DNA of 32,000 nt from Dubosiella newyorkensis (GTDB taxonomy: Bacteria; Bacillota_I; Bacilli_A; Erysipelotrichales; Erysipelotrichaceae), in NCBI RefSeq assembly GCF_001945605.1, contig NZ_MPKA01000087.1, forward strand, positions 1-32,000, written 5' to 3'. A program made the position numbers and the translations under genes. Positions 24,180-32,000 of this stretch are shown piece by piece. The notes below the pieces were generated by a model that saw only the letters and a program-made list of their open reading frames with translations, was not told where the DNA came from and did not search any database. The stretch's first letter is position 1. Each line of letters begins with the position of its first letter.

Positions 24180-25348
24180 AAGGACAAGCGAGCATTCAAA
24201 TCAAAGGCACCTTTTATACTGACTATCGCTCGGTGCTCATCTTATTGTATTATCCATTGATCGATAAAGGCGCCTATCTATTGTATGAAACGCTGCTTGC
24301 TTTGAGCGAGCACAACGAGAACTATACTCTCGAATCACTCTGTTTGTTTTCCGGACTCAAAGAAAAGAAATTTGAAGAGGCTAGACAGATCTTGGAAGAG
24401 TTCCAGTTGCTGCAGACGTATTCCGATCCGATCCGCAAAGCGTATCGCTTTGAAATCTATCCTCCCAAAAAAGCGAATGATTTTTTGAGAGACAACACAT
24501 TTGGCCGTTTGCTGCTCGAGGTGCTCGGATCCGCGAAATATGAACAGCTCAATCGCATGTTTCAAAAAAAGGAAGAAGCTTCCACTCAAGGAATGGTCAA
24601 TATCTCGAAGCAGTTCGACCCTTCCAGGCTTTTAGCTTGGAATGATGATAAAGAAGCGATGTTGGCTTCGATCCTTCCTAGAAAAGAAGAGCAACGCGTC
24701 CAATACGCTTTCGATTTTGACACGCTGCTTGAAGGCATGCGTCGAATCTTTCCGCCGCGTTTGCGGACTACCCAAAACCTGCAGACGATCGCGACACTCG
24801 CCAACGTCTATGGGATCGATGCCAAAGAGATGAAGATCTACTTACAAAGAAGCGTCGACCCGTTTACCCATGAATTTAGCCCGGAAACTTTGGAAAATCA
24901 GATTCAGCGCGCCACACCCAAAATCAAGCCGACACAAGACAAATACGCGATGCCTCCGATCCATTTCTTGCAGATGAAACAAGCCGGACCAATTGCGCAA
25001 GCCGATCAAAAATTATTGAAGGATTTGTGTGTTGCGTACGAGTTCCCGAACGAGGTCGTGAACCTGCTGATCGAATACGTGCTCGACAACACGAATCAAA
25101 ACTTGCAGCGCTCCTATGTAGAAAAAGTCGCCTCTACGTGGTCGCGCTTGAAGATCGACTCGAAAGAAAAAGCGCTCGAACAGATCCACAAACAGAAGAC
25201 GCATCGCTCGTACAAGACTAGTCGCTCTTCTAGACAAAGCGAACTTCCAGAATGGTATCAGAATCAGCAGGCCACTCCGCTTCAAGAAAGCACGAAAGCC
25301 GAACTGGAAAAACGACTACAGCGTCTCCAGAAAAAAACATCATCCTAA
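24176..25348 (+). CDS. dnaB: Bacillus-type replication initiation/helicase-loading protein DnaB (DnaD-like domains; not the replicative helicase)
   Basis: TTG 24176 lies 7 nt after AGAGGAGGG and overlaps the coaE stop. N-terminus YRSVLILLYYPLIDKGAYLLYETLL. The C-terminal DnaD-type domain LIEYVLDNTNQNLQRSYVEKVASTWSRLKI is present, and dnaI follows. Confidence 0.8.
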   Translation: MKGQASIQIKGTFYTDYRSVLILLYYPLIDKGAYLLYETLLALSEHNENYTLESLCLFSGLKEKKFEEARQILEEFQLLQTYSDPIRKAYRFEIYPPKKANDFLRDNTFGRLLLEVLGSAKYEQLNRMFQKKEEASTQGMVNISKQFDPSRLLAWNDDKEAMLASILPRKEEQRVQYAFDFDTLLEGMRRIFPPRLRTTQNLQTIATLANVYGIDAKEMKIYLQRSVDPFTHEFSPETLENQIQRATPKIKPTQDKYAMPPIHFLQMKQAGPIAQADQKLLKDLCVAYEFPNEVVNLLIEYVLDNTNQNLQRSYVEKVASTWSRLKIDSKEKALEQIHKQKTHRSYKTSRSSRQSELPEWYQNQQATPLQESTKAELEKRLQRLQKKTSS

Positions 25349-25366
25349 AAAGAAAGAAGGCATGCG

Positions 25367-26275
25367 ATGCAAAGATTACGAAAAAATCAATTTCAATTGA
25401 GTGAACAACAAGAACGCGCCCGTTATTTGCTCATTGAACAATTAAAAAAAGATCCTCTCGTCCATCGATTCATTCAAAGTCATAATTTGCCGCTTCATAT
25501 CGTGGAAAAAAACGCCTCTCTGTTTGCGGCTTATACAGAAACGATCCGGAAATGTCAAGGCTGTCAAGGAATCCAGATGTGCGCACAGCCGATCCCTGGT
25601 CGATTCCAGTCGCTCGATGTCGATGAGCAAGGATTTTTATGCGATATCTATAAACCGTGTAAATATGAGAAAATGAAGCAAAAACAATATGGCCATCAAA
25701 AGCGCTTTAAGATCTTTTATGGCAGTCCTTCCAATTTTTTGATCGACTTTGAAAAAATCGATCTTACGGAAGAATCGGATGAATATACCCAATCGTATAT
25801 GGCTCTGATCGATTCTTTGGACACGGAAAAAGGAATTTATTTATATGGAAAGCCGGGAGCGGGGAAAACGTATTTATTATGGGCAGTGGCGAATCGAATG
25901 GCGAAAGAAGGCAAGACGATCTCTTTAGTCCATATTCCTTCGTGCATTCAAGAAATCAAGCAAAACATCCAAGATTCCCAATTTCGAAACCAGATGATCT
26001 CGAAGATGAAGTTTTGCGACGTGCTGATCGCGGATGATATTGGCTCTGAAAGCATTTCGCCTTGGACTAGGGACGAGATCTTGTTTCCCATCTTGGAATA
26101 TCGAATGAACAACCATCTGAAGACGTATTTTTCCTCCAATTATACGCTTCTAGAGCTGGAAGATCAGTACGCTTCCTTGAATGAGGTCAATAGTCGCGTG
26201 GCTTCGCAGCGCTTTATGGAACGGATCAAAAGCGCGAGCCTTCCTTGTCAATTGATCGGTGATTCTCGACGCTAG
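25367..26275 (+). CDS. dnaI: Primosomal helicase loader DnaI
   Basis: Cys-rich N-terminal zinc module (CQGCQG...C). AAA+ Walker A YLYGKPGAGKTYLL and Walker B LIADDIGSE. It aligns by eye with B. subtilis DnaI. Confidence 0.9.
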   Translation: MQRLRKNQFQLSEQQERARYLLIEQLKKDPLVHRFIQSHNLPLHIVEKNASLFAAYTETIRKCQGCQGIQMCAQPIPGRFQSLDVDEQGFLCDIYKPCKYEKMKQKQYGHQKRFKIFYGSPSNFLIDFEKIDLTEESDEYTQSYMALIDSLDTEKGIYLYGKPGAGKTYLLWAVANRMAKEGKTISLVHIPSCIQEIKQNIQDSQFRNQMISKMKFCDVLIADDIGSESISPWTRDEILFPILEYRMNNHLKTYFSSNYTLLELEDQYASLNEVNSRVASQRFMERIKSASLPCQLIGDSRR

Positions 26276-26386
26276 TGTAAGATTTTCATGAATACATTAG
26301 CGTTTTCATTTTAACCTTTTCAAATCATTGGGAATGGAGTAAAATATGCTTGACTACATTGATTACTTAAAGGAGGAAATAGAGTA

Positions 26387-27253
26387 ATGTTAGTATCTGC
26401 TACTGAAATGATCAATAAGGCTCATGAAGGGCATTATGCGATCGCTCAATTCAACATTAACAATATGGAATGGATCAAAGCGATCCTTCTAGGATGTGAA
26501 GCGAAAAAATCCCCAGTGATCCTAGGTGTATCGGAAGGTGCTGCCAAATACATGTGCGGATATAAAAACGCGGTGGATATGGTCAACAACATCATGGATT
26601 TCTACAACATCACGGTTCCAGTTGCGGTTCATCTAGACCATGGAACTTATGAAGGTGCGAAAAAAGCGATCGAAGCTGGATTCTCGAGCATCATGTTTGA
26701 TGGATCTCATTATCCAATCGAAGAAAATATCGCGAAATCAAAAGAATTGATCGAGCTTGCTCATTCAAAAGGAATTTCGATCGAATGTGAAGTTGGCGGA
26801 ATCGGCGGAGAGGAAGACGGTGTCGTTTCAGCTGGTGAAGTTGCGGATCCAAACGAATGCGCGGCTGTCGCAGATCTTGGCGTAGACTTCTTAGCTGCTG
26901 GTATCGGTAACATCCATGGTAAATATCCAGCAGACTGGCAAGGTTTGAACTTTGATGTTCTAGAAGAGATCCAACAAAAGACGAACGGAAAACCTCTCGT
27001 TCTTCATGGTGGAAGCGGAATCCCTCAAGAAATGGTCAAAGAAGCGATCACGCTTGGTGTATCGAAAGTCAATGTCAATACAGAATGCCAAATCGTATTC
27101 GCAGACGCGACTAAGAAATATATTGAAGATGGCGGAATCGACAAACCAAAAGGATACGATCCTCGTAAACTTTTGAAACCAGGCGCTGACGCGATCCAAG
27201 CTTTAGTAGAAGATTACGTAGTAAACTTCTTCGGTTCAGCAGACAAAGCGTAA
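26387..27253 (+). CDS. fba: Class II fructose-1,6-bisphosphate aldolase
   Basis: YAIAQFNINNMEW, SPVILGVSEGAAKYM, VAVHLDHG and LVLHGGSGIP. It is near-colinear with B. subtilis FbaA. Confidence 0.95.
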   Translation: MLVSATEMINKAHEGHYAIAQFNINNMEWIKAILLGCEAKKSPVILGVSEGAAKYMCGYKNAVDMVNNIMDFYNITVPVAVHLDHGTYEGAKKAIEAGFSSIMFDGSHYPIEENIAKSKELIELAHSKGISIECEVGGIGGEEDGVVSAGEVADPNECAAVADLGVDFLAAGIGNIHGKYPADWQGLNFDVLEEIQQKTNGKPLVLHGGSGIPQEMVKEAITLGVSKVNVNTECQIVFADATKKYIEDGGIDKPKGYDPRKLLKPGADAIQALVEDYVVNFFGSADKA

Positions 27254-27264
27254 ACATGAATCAT

Positions 27265-27289
27265 AAAAGGTGGGAAACCACCTTTTTTT
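27265..27289 (+). terminator. Intrinsic terminator after fba
   Basis: AAAAGGTGG-GAAA-CCACCTTTT followed by further Ts. The T-run abuts the AGGAG SD of the next gene. Confidence 0.8.
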
Positions 27290-27300
27290 AGGAGAAAAAA

Positions 27301-29184
27301 GTGAAACCAACAACAATCAACGATTTATATTCTTATACTTTTTTAGGAAATATGAAAACGAGCGCCAATTCTCTCATCTTTGTCAAAGCGAACTGCAGCG
27401 AAGAAGAGAATACCTATGAGCAAGTGCTCTATGATTACCGCGCCTCGTTTGAGCAGCCACGCCAGCTCACGAGTTTTAAAAAAGAATCCAACTTCGCTTA
27501 CAAAGATCCAAACACGATCGGCTTTATATCCAACCGTTCAATGAAAAAAGATCGTTGCGCTTTGTATGAGATCTCGCTTGATGGCGGAGAAGCGATGGAA
27601 ATCTTGGAAATCGATCATCCAAAAACACAGCTCGTTGGCTATTTGGTCGACCATACGATCGTTTTTCTGCAAGAAGATGAAGAAGAAAAAACAGGATCCG
27701 ATTACGAAGTTTTGGACGAGACACCGTTTTATCGCAATGGAAAAGGCATTACGAATAAAAAAAGACACCATCTTGTTTTATACCGGAATGGACAATGGGA
27801 GACGATCACAGAAAAGCTAACCGATATTTCGATGATCAAGATCGATCACGACACGATCTATGTCCTCAAAGAAGAAGTCAAGCATAAATTCAGCTATAAG
27901 CCAGGACTATACGCCTACCAGCCAAGCTTGAAAAAATGGACGACACTTGTAGAGCCGAATACATTGATGATCCAAGACTTTATCCCATTTTCAAAAGGAA
28001 TCTATGTCTTTGCGAGCACCGGCGCAGAATATGGTTTGAACCAAAATCCAGATCTCTATATTATTGACGAGGACGGATGCCATTTTCTAGAAAAATGGGG
28101 ATATTCACTCGGAAATACAGTCGGGACCGATATGGCTAGCGTGCCTGGAAATTTGTTAGCGATCCACGACGATATCCTTTATTTTACAAGCACAAAAGAC
28201 GATCATGTCGAGCTCTATCGATACCAAGATGGCTTCCATAAAGTGTACGCGATGGATGGAACGATCCATGCTTTTGGTTTTGTGGAAAACAGCCTCTATT
28301 TCATTGGAGCCAAAGAAGGAGCGCTTCAAGAACTCTATTGCTTGAAAGGAGAAGACGCTCTGCTTCCGTGTTCTTCGTTCAATGCGCTCGACTCCCACGT
28401 TTCCGTGCCTAGAAGGATCCAGTACAAAGACTTTGAAGGCAAAGAACAAGTTGGCTACGTTTTGTATCCGATCGACTTTGATCCAGACAAATCATATCCG
28501 GGCATTCTCGACATTCATGGTGGACCCAAAACCGTCTACGGAACGGTGTTTTATCATGAAATGCAAGTGTGGACATCGAGAGGTTATTTTGTCTTTTTCT
28601 GCAATCCGCATGGATCGGATGGAAAAGACGACGCGTTCGCGGATATTCGTGGAAAATATGGAACGATCGATTACGAAGATATTCTTTTGTTCGTCGATAC
28701 TGTACTCGACCAGATCCTGCAAATCGATCCAGAACGTTTAGGCGTGACAGGAGGTAGCTATGGAGGCTTTATGACCAATTGGATCATCGGCCATACCAAC
28801 AAGTTCAAAGCCGCGGCGAGCCAAAGAAGTATTTCGAATTGGATCTCCTTCTACAACACGAGCGACATTGGGCCTGAGTTCACAAAAGATCAACAAGGCA
28901 CCACGATCGAGGATGATCTTGAAAAGCTTTGGTTCCATTCGCCGCTTCAATACGCCAAACAAGCCAAGACCCCAACATTGTTCATCCATTCGGACGAAGA
29001 TTATCGTTGTCCACTTTCAGAAGGGCTGCAGATGCTCAACGCGCTGCTGCAAAACGATATCGAAGCGAGAATGTGCATGTTCCATCAAGAAAACCACGAG
29101 CTTTCGCGTTCTGGCCGTCCACATGATCGAATCAAGCGATTAGAAGAAATCACGAATTGGATGGATAAGTACCTCAAGAAATAA
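27301..29184 (+). CDS. S9-family serine peptidase (acylaminoacyl-/prolyl-oligopeptidase type, YuxL-like)
   Basis: GTG start 6 nt after AGGAG. The C-terminal half aligns by eye with B. subtilis YuxL: LDIHGGP, LGVTGGSYGGFMTNWIIGHTNKFKAAASQRSISNW, HSDEDYRCP. Confidence 0.9.
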   Translation: MKPTTINDLYSYTFLGNMKTSANSLIFVKANCSEEENTYEQVLYDYRASFEQPRQLTSFKKESNFAYKDPNTIGFISNRSMKKDRCALYEISLDGGEAMEILEIDHPKTQLVGYLVDHTIVFLQEDEEEKTGSDYEVLDETPFYRNGKGITNKKRHHLVLYRNGQWETITEKLTDISMIKIDHDTIYVLKEEVKHKFSYKPGLYAYQPSLKKWTTLVEPNTLMIQDFIPFSKGIYVFASTGAEYGLNQNPDLYIIDEDGCHFLEKWGYSLGNTVGTDMASVPGNLLAIHDDILYFTSTKDDHVELYRYQDGFHKVYAMDGTIHAFGFVENSLYFIGAKEGALQELYCLKGEDALLPCSSFNALDSHVSVPRRIQYKDFEGKEQVGYVLYPIDFDPDKSYPGILDIHGGPKTVYGTVFYHEMQVWTSRGYFVFFCNPHGSDGKDDAFADIRGKYGTIDYEDILLFVDTVLDQILQIDPERLGVTGGSYGGFMTNWIIGHTNKFKAAASQRSISNWISFYNTSDIGPEFTKDQQGTTIEDDLEKLWFHSPLQYAKQAKTPTLFIHSDEDYRCPLSEGLQMLNALLQNDIEARMCMFHQENHELSRSGRPHDRIKRLEEITNWMDKYLKK

Positions 29185-29187
29185 TTT

Positions 29188-29216
29188 TTGCGTCTATTAG
29201 CCTGATAGTTTATAAT
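29188..29216 (+). promoter_or_regulatory. Sigma-A-type promoter for murA
   Basis: TTGCGT (29188-29193), 17-nt spacer, TATAAT (29211-29216). Confidence 0.55.
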
Positions 29217-29240
29217 GGGTTGGAATCAGGAGGTACAACG

Positions 29241-30512
29241 ATGGAAGAAGTCATAAAAATCGAAGGCGGACATCGTTTACACGGAACAGTTCGGATCAGC
29301 GGATCGAAAAACTCCACTGTGGCCTTGATCCCAGCTTGCGTTTTGGGAAACGCTCCCATTACGATTTATGGCGTGCCGAACATTTCCGATGTGAAGTCTT
29401 TGATGGAATTACTCAGAGAACTTAATGTTTATGTCGAACAAATCGATGAAGAAACTTTATATATAGATCCAACGAAAATGAACAATATCCCGATGGTTTC
29501 CAATGCGGTCTCTAAACTAAGGGCCAGCTATTACTTTATGGGTGCTCTTCTAGGAAAATTTGGCCATGCGGAAATCAAGATGCCAGGCGGGTGTTATTTA
29601 GGGCCGCGGCCGATCGATCTGCATTTAAAAGGCTTCGAGGCGCTTGGCGCTTCGATCACCTACGAAAATGGGTGCTATATCCTGCATGCGGATGAATTGA
29701 TCGGCAATCGGATCTTTTTGGATATTTCAAGCGTAGGAGCCACGATCAATATTATGATGGCGGCTGTCTATGCGAAAGGAAGAACGGTCATCGAAAACGC
29801 GGCGCGCGAGCCGGAGATCATCGACATCGCCACGCTTCTCAATAAAATGGGCGCAAAGATCCATGGCATGGGAACGAGCACACTAGTGATCGATGGTGTT
29901 GGTGAATTAAAAACGAGCGGATGCAATCACGAGATCATTCCAGACCGTATCGAGGCGGCGACTTATATTATCATGGCAGCTGCGATGGCGGACGATATGA
30001 TCATTGAAAACGTGATTCCGCAACACTTGGAAGCGATCTTGATGAAGCTCGAAGAGATCGGGATCAATATGAAAGTCGGACCCGATTTCGTTGAGATCTT
30101 TGGAAGAAACCAAGAGCTCAAACCGACCGAAATCTTGACTAAACCCTATCCTGGATTCGCAACCGATGCGCAGCAGCCATTCACAGCGCTTCTGACCCAA
30201 GCTGCTGGGCAGTCGGTTGTGACCGAAACGATCTATACAGAACGCTTCAAGCATTGTTATGAATTGAATAAAATGGGCGCTGATATTGATGTTAGAACGC
30301 CTAGCGGCTTCGTGAATGGAAAGACCAAGCTTTCTGGAACGAGCGTTGTGGCGACCGATCTAAGGTGTGGCGCTGCGCTGGTCGTAGCTGGATTGATGGC
30401 TGAGGGGATCACCGAGATCCACGATGTCTATCATATCGATCGCGGGTATGACAATTTAGACAATAAATTACGCTCTCTTGGAGCCGTGTTCTGGCGTGAG
30501 AAAGTAGAATAA
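29241..30512 (+). CDS. murA: UDP-N-acetylglucosamine 1-carboxyvinyltransferase
   Basis: ATG 29241 lies 7 nt after AGGAGG; the ORF-track TTG at 29220 falls at the promoter. [27 protein letters not shown], active-site [12 protein letters not shown], and FPTD-like GFATDAQQP. Confidence 0.95.
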   Translation: MEEVIKIEGGHRLHGTVRISGSKNSTVALIPACVLGNAPITIYGVPNISDVKSLMELLRELNVYVEQIDEETLYIDPTKMNNIPMVSNAVSKLRASYYFMGALLGKFGHAEIKMPGGCYLGPRPIDLHLKGFEALGASITYENGCYILHADELIGNRIFLDISSVGATINIMMAAVYAKGRTVIENAAREPEIIDIATLLNKMGAKIHGMGTSTLVIDGVGELKTSGCNHEIIPDRIEAATYIIMAAAMADDMIIENVIPQHLEAILMKLEEIGINMKVGPDFVEIFGRNQELKPTEILTKPYPGFATDAQQPFTALLTQAAGQSVVTETIYTERFKHCYELNKMGADIDVRTPSGFVNGKTKLSGTSVVATDLRCGAALVVAGLMAEGITEIHDVYHIDRGYDNLDNKLRSLGAVFWREKVE

Positions 30513-30514
30513 AG

Positions 30515-30546
30515 AAACTGCGGATTTTGTTCTGCAGTTTTTTTTG
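30515..30546 (+). terminator. Intrinsic terminator after murA
   Basis: AACTGC...GCAGTT imperfect hairpin followed by T8. Confidence 0.6.
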
Positions 30547-30567
30547 TGAATGCGTTTTCATTCTTCA

Positions 30568-30595
30568 TTGCATGTTTTTTTTCAAGCCGTATAAT
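30568..30595 (+). promoter_or_regulatory. Sigma-A-type promoter for the LytTR regulator gene
   Basis: TTGCAT (30568-30573), 16-nt spacer, TATAAT (30590-30595). It lies downstream of the ORF-track start at 30546, which is therefore rejected. Confidence 0.5.
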
Positions 30596-30632
30596 AATAA
30601 GTGGAAAGAAGTATAAAATTGGAATCAGAATT

Positions 30633-31319
30633 ATGATACGAATCGCTGTTTTGGAATACGAAAAAGAAACAAAAGACATCATTTTTCAAATCGGAAAGCT
30701 CTTTTCGAACATCGATTGGACATTTCGCCATTTTTGGAAGGCGAGCGATCTAGCGAAAGCGATGAAGGAAGAAGATTTTCAAATCTTTATCTTTGATGAG
30801 ATGTTCAAGACTCCGCGATTGGAAAGCGTCTTTGTTCACGATAATCCCAACGCCTTGTTCGTCTATATTTGCGAAGATTCGCGGATCACAAAAGGAGACG
30901 ATCAGCGGGAACGGATGTTTTATATCGATAAAAACAACTTATCCAAAGAATTGGAGATCTTAGCGCCGATCCTTTTGAAACAAAGCTCGCAAGGGGATGT
31001 ATACGCTCTTTCTTACAATGGAGTGCATGTCAATTTGCCATTCGAAAGCATCTACTATTTAGAAAAGATCGAAAAAATGGTCCACTTCCATACCAAAAAA
31101 GGAGAATTTCAAAAGCGGATCAACATGTCCGATCTCGAAAAAGAATTCGCTCCTTATGGCTTTTTGCGCGTTCACGTCTCCTATCTTGTCAATGCCAAAC
31201 ATATTACCGCTTGGTACAAAGACGAGGTCGAGCTGATGAACAAAGAGAGGATCCCACTTTCACGCCAACAAAAACGAAAGATTATGACTATTAAAAAAGA
31301 ACGAAAAGCTCGGATCTGA
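30633..31319 (+). CDS. LytTR-family DNA-binding regulator with an atypical receiver-like N-terminal domain
   Basis: The C-terminus ESIYYLEKIEKMVHFHTKKGEF...LEKEFAPYGFLRVHVSYLVNAKHI is the LytTR signature. The N-terminal domain has IFIFDEMF, but EYE replaces the usual acidic pair. The SD is weak. Confidence 0.75.
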   Translation: MIRIAVLEYEKETKDIIFQIGKLFSNIDWTFRHFWKASDLAKAMKEEDFQIFIFDEMFKTPRLESVFVHDNPNALFVYICEDSRITKGDDQRERMFYIDKNNLSKELEILAPILLKQSSQGDVYALSYNGVHVNLPFESIYYLEKIEKMVHFHTKKGEFQKRINMSDLEKEFAPYGFLRVHVSYLVNAKHITAWYKDEVELMNKERIPLSRQQKRKIMTIKKERKARI

Positions 31320-31340
31320 GCTTTTCGTTCTTTCTTTTTA
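31296..31340. terminator. Bidirectional terminator between the convergent LytTR and dapH genes
   Basis: Perfect 16-bp inverted repeat AAAGAACGAAAAGCTC-ggatct-GAGCTTTTCGTTCTTT, flanked by A- and T-runs. Confidence 0.8.
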
Positions 31341-32000
31341 TTCAATGCTTCTGAGCGCGTCCACGAGAGCCGTTTTGCTTGTCGCTTTTTCATCTTTTTC
31401 TTTGATGATCTTAGCCGGACAGCCAGCGACTACGCAGTTCGCCGGAACATCCTCGATCACGACCGCGCCAGCTGCTACAACTGCGTTTTCGCCAACCCGA
31501 ACACCTTCGATCACGACCGCGTTGGCGCCGATCATCACATTGTCTTCGATGCAGACAGGAGTCGCGCTGGCGGGTTCGACCACGCCAGCTAGAACGGCTC
31601 CAGCCCCAATATGGCAATGGTTGCCGACAATCGCTCGTCCGCCTAAGATCGCGCCCATATCGATCATCGTTCCTTCGCCGATCACAGCGCCAATATTGAT
31701 GATGGCTCCCATCATAATGATCGCCTGGTCTCCAATCTCGACATCATCCCGGATGATCGCTCCTGGTTCAATGCGCGCATGCAGGTTTTTGATATCTAAA
31801 AGCGGGATCGCTGAATGACGCGCACTCGTTTCAATATAGTAGTCTTCCACACTGAGCAAATGGGAACGAAGCACAGGCTCGATGTCTTCCCAATCGCCGA
31901 TCACGACGTTTCCAAAGACTTTCGCGTTCGGAAAGTGAATGTTTTCTCCTCCTTTGATATAGACTTTGACCGGGGTCTTCTTTTTTGATGTTTGAATTCG
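31338..32000 (-). CDS. dapH: 2,3,4,5-tetrahydropyridine-2,6-dicarboxylate N-acetyltransferase; the 5' end lies beyond the window
   Basis: The minus-strand frame is open to position 32000: ...[33 protein letters not shown]...[29 protein letters not shown].... This is near-colinear with B. subtilis DapH (YkuQ), including the hexapeptide repeats. The ORF-track Met at 31904 is internal. Confidence 0.93.
   Translation of the reverse strand, partial: RIQTSKKKTPVKVYIKGGENIHFPNAKVFGNVVIGDWEDIEPVLRSHLLSVEDYYIETSARHSAIPLLDIKNLHARIEPGAIIRDDVEIGDQAIIMMGAIINIGAVIGEGTMIDMGAILGGRAIVGNHCHIGAGAVLAGVVEPASATPVCIEDNVMIGANAVVIEGVRVGENAVVAAGAVVIEDVPANCVVAGCPAKIIKEKDEKATSKTALVDALRSIE

Noticed and set aside
26293-26320. 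cre-like (CcpA) sequence cattagCGttttca upstream of fba
   Set aside because: Only the right half matches the TGWNANCGNTNWCA consensus; the left half has CA instead of TG. That is not enough to call a site.
5315-30546. Longer upstream starts offered by the ORF track (5315, 8977, 10421, 23520, 24107, 29220, 30546)
   Set aside because: In each case an internal start has a properly spaced SD and gives the conserved N-terminus. The upstream extension overlaps the preceding gene or lies upstream of, or on, the gene's own promoter.
31345-31818. 157-aa plus-strand ORF antisense to dapH
   Set aside because: The hexapeptide-repeat periodicity of dapH keeps the antisense frame open. The Ala/Thr/Pro/Ser-rich product has no start context.
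1-32000. Visually frequent GATC and CGATCG motifs throughout the window
   Set aside because: This is probably a by-product of preferred codons (ATC, GAT, CGA/TCG). I cannot compute observed/expected ratios by hand, so I make no claim about methylation or restriction avoidance.

Overview
The window has two parts. Positions 1 to about 16.7 kb are the late end (tail to lysis) of a siphovirus-type prophage, all on the + strand. In order it carries: a tape-measure gene whose 5' end appears cut off by a reverse-oriented HTH gene and a tandem-repeat terminus (possible IS21-like insertion); Dit; a 1250-aa Tal/fibre protein with tandem modules; an AT-rich three-ORF fibre cassette whose ORF junctions each carry a long poly-G run; a DUF859-like structural protein with a lectin-like tail; a self-contained hicAB module; a CBM5/12-repeat protein; a holin; a membrane protein; an amidase endolysin; and a small type-I-toxin-like peptide locus. 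From about 16.98 kb onward it is ordinary Bacillota chromosome: tRNA-His, a thioredoxin-like lipoprotein, radC-mreC-mreD, polA-mutM-coaE, Bacillus-type dnaB-dnaI, fba, an S9 peptidase, murA, a LytTR regulator and convergent dapH. I found no CRISPR array, rRNA or large unknown multi-gene system. The items most worth follow-up are the frameshift-poised poly-G tracts in the fibre cassette, the peptide/antisense-RNA locus with interlocking hairpins after the endolysin, and the apparent mobile-element disruption of the tape-measure gene. All calls rest on reading the sequence and on remembered family motifs; no database search was run.
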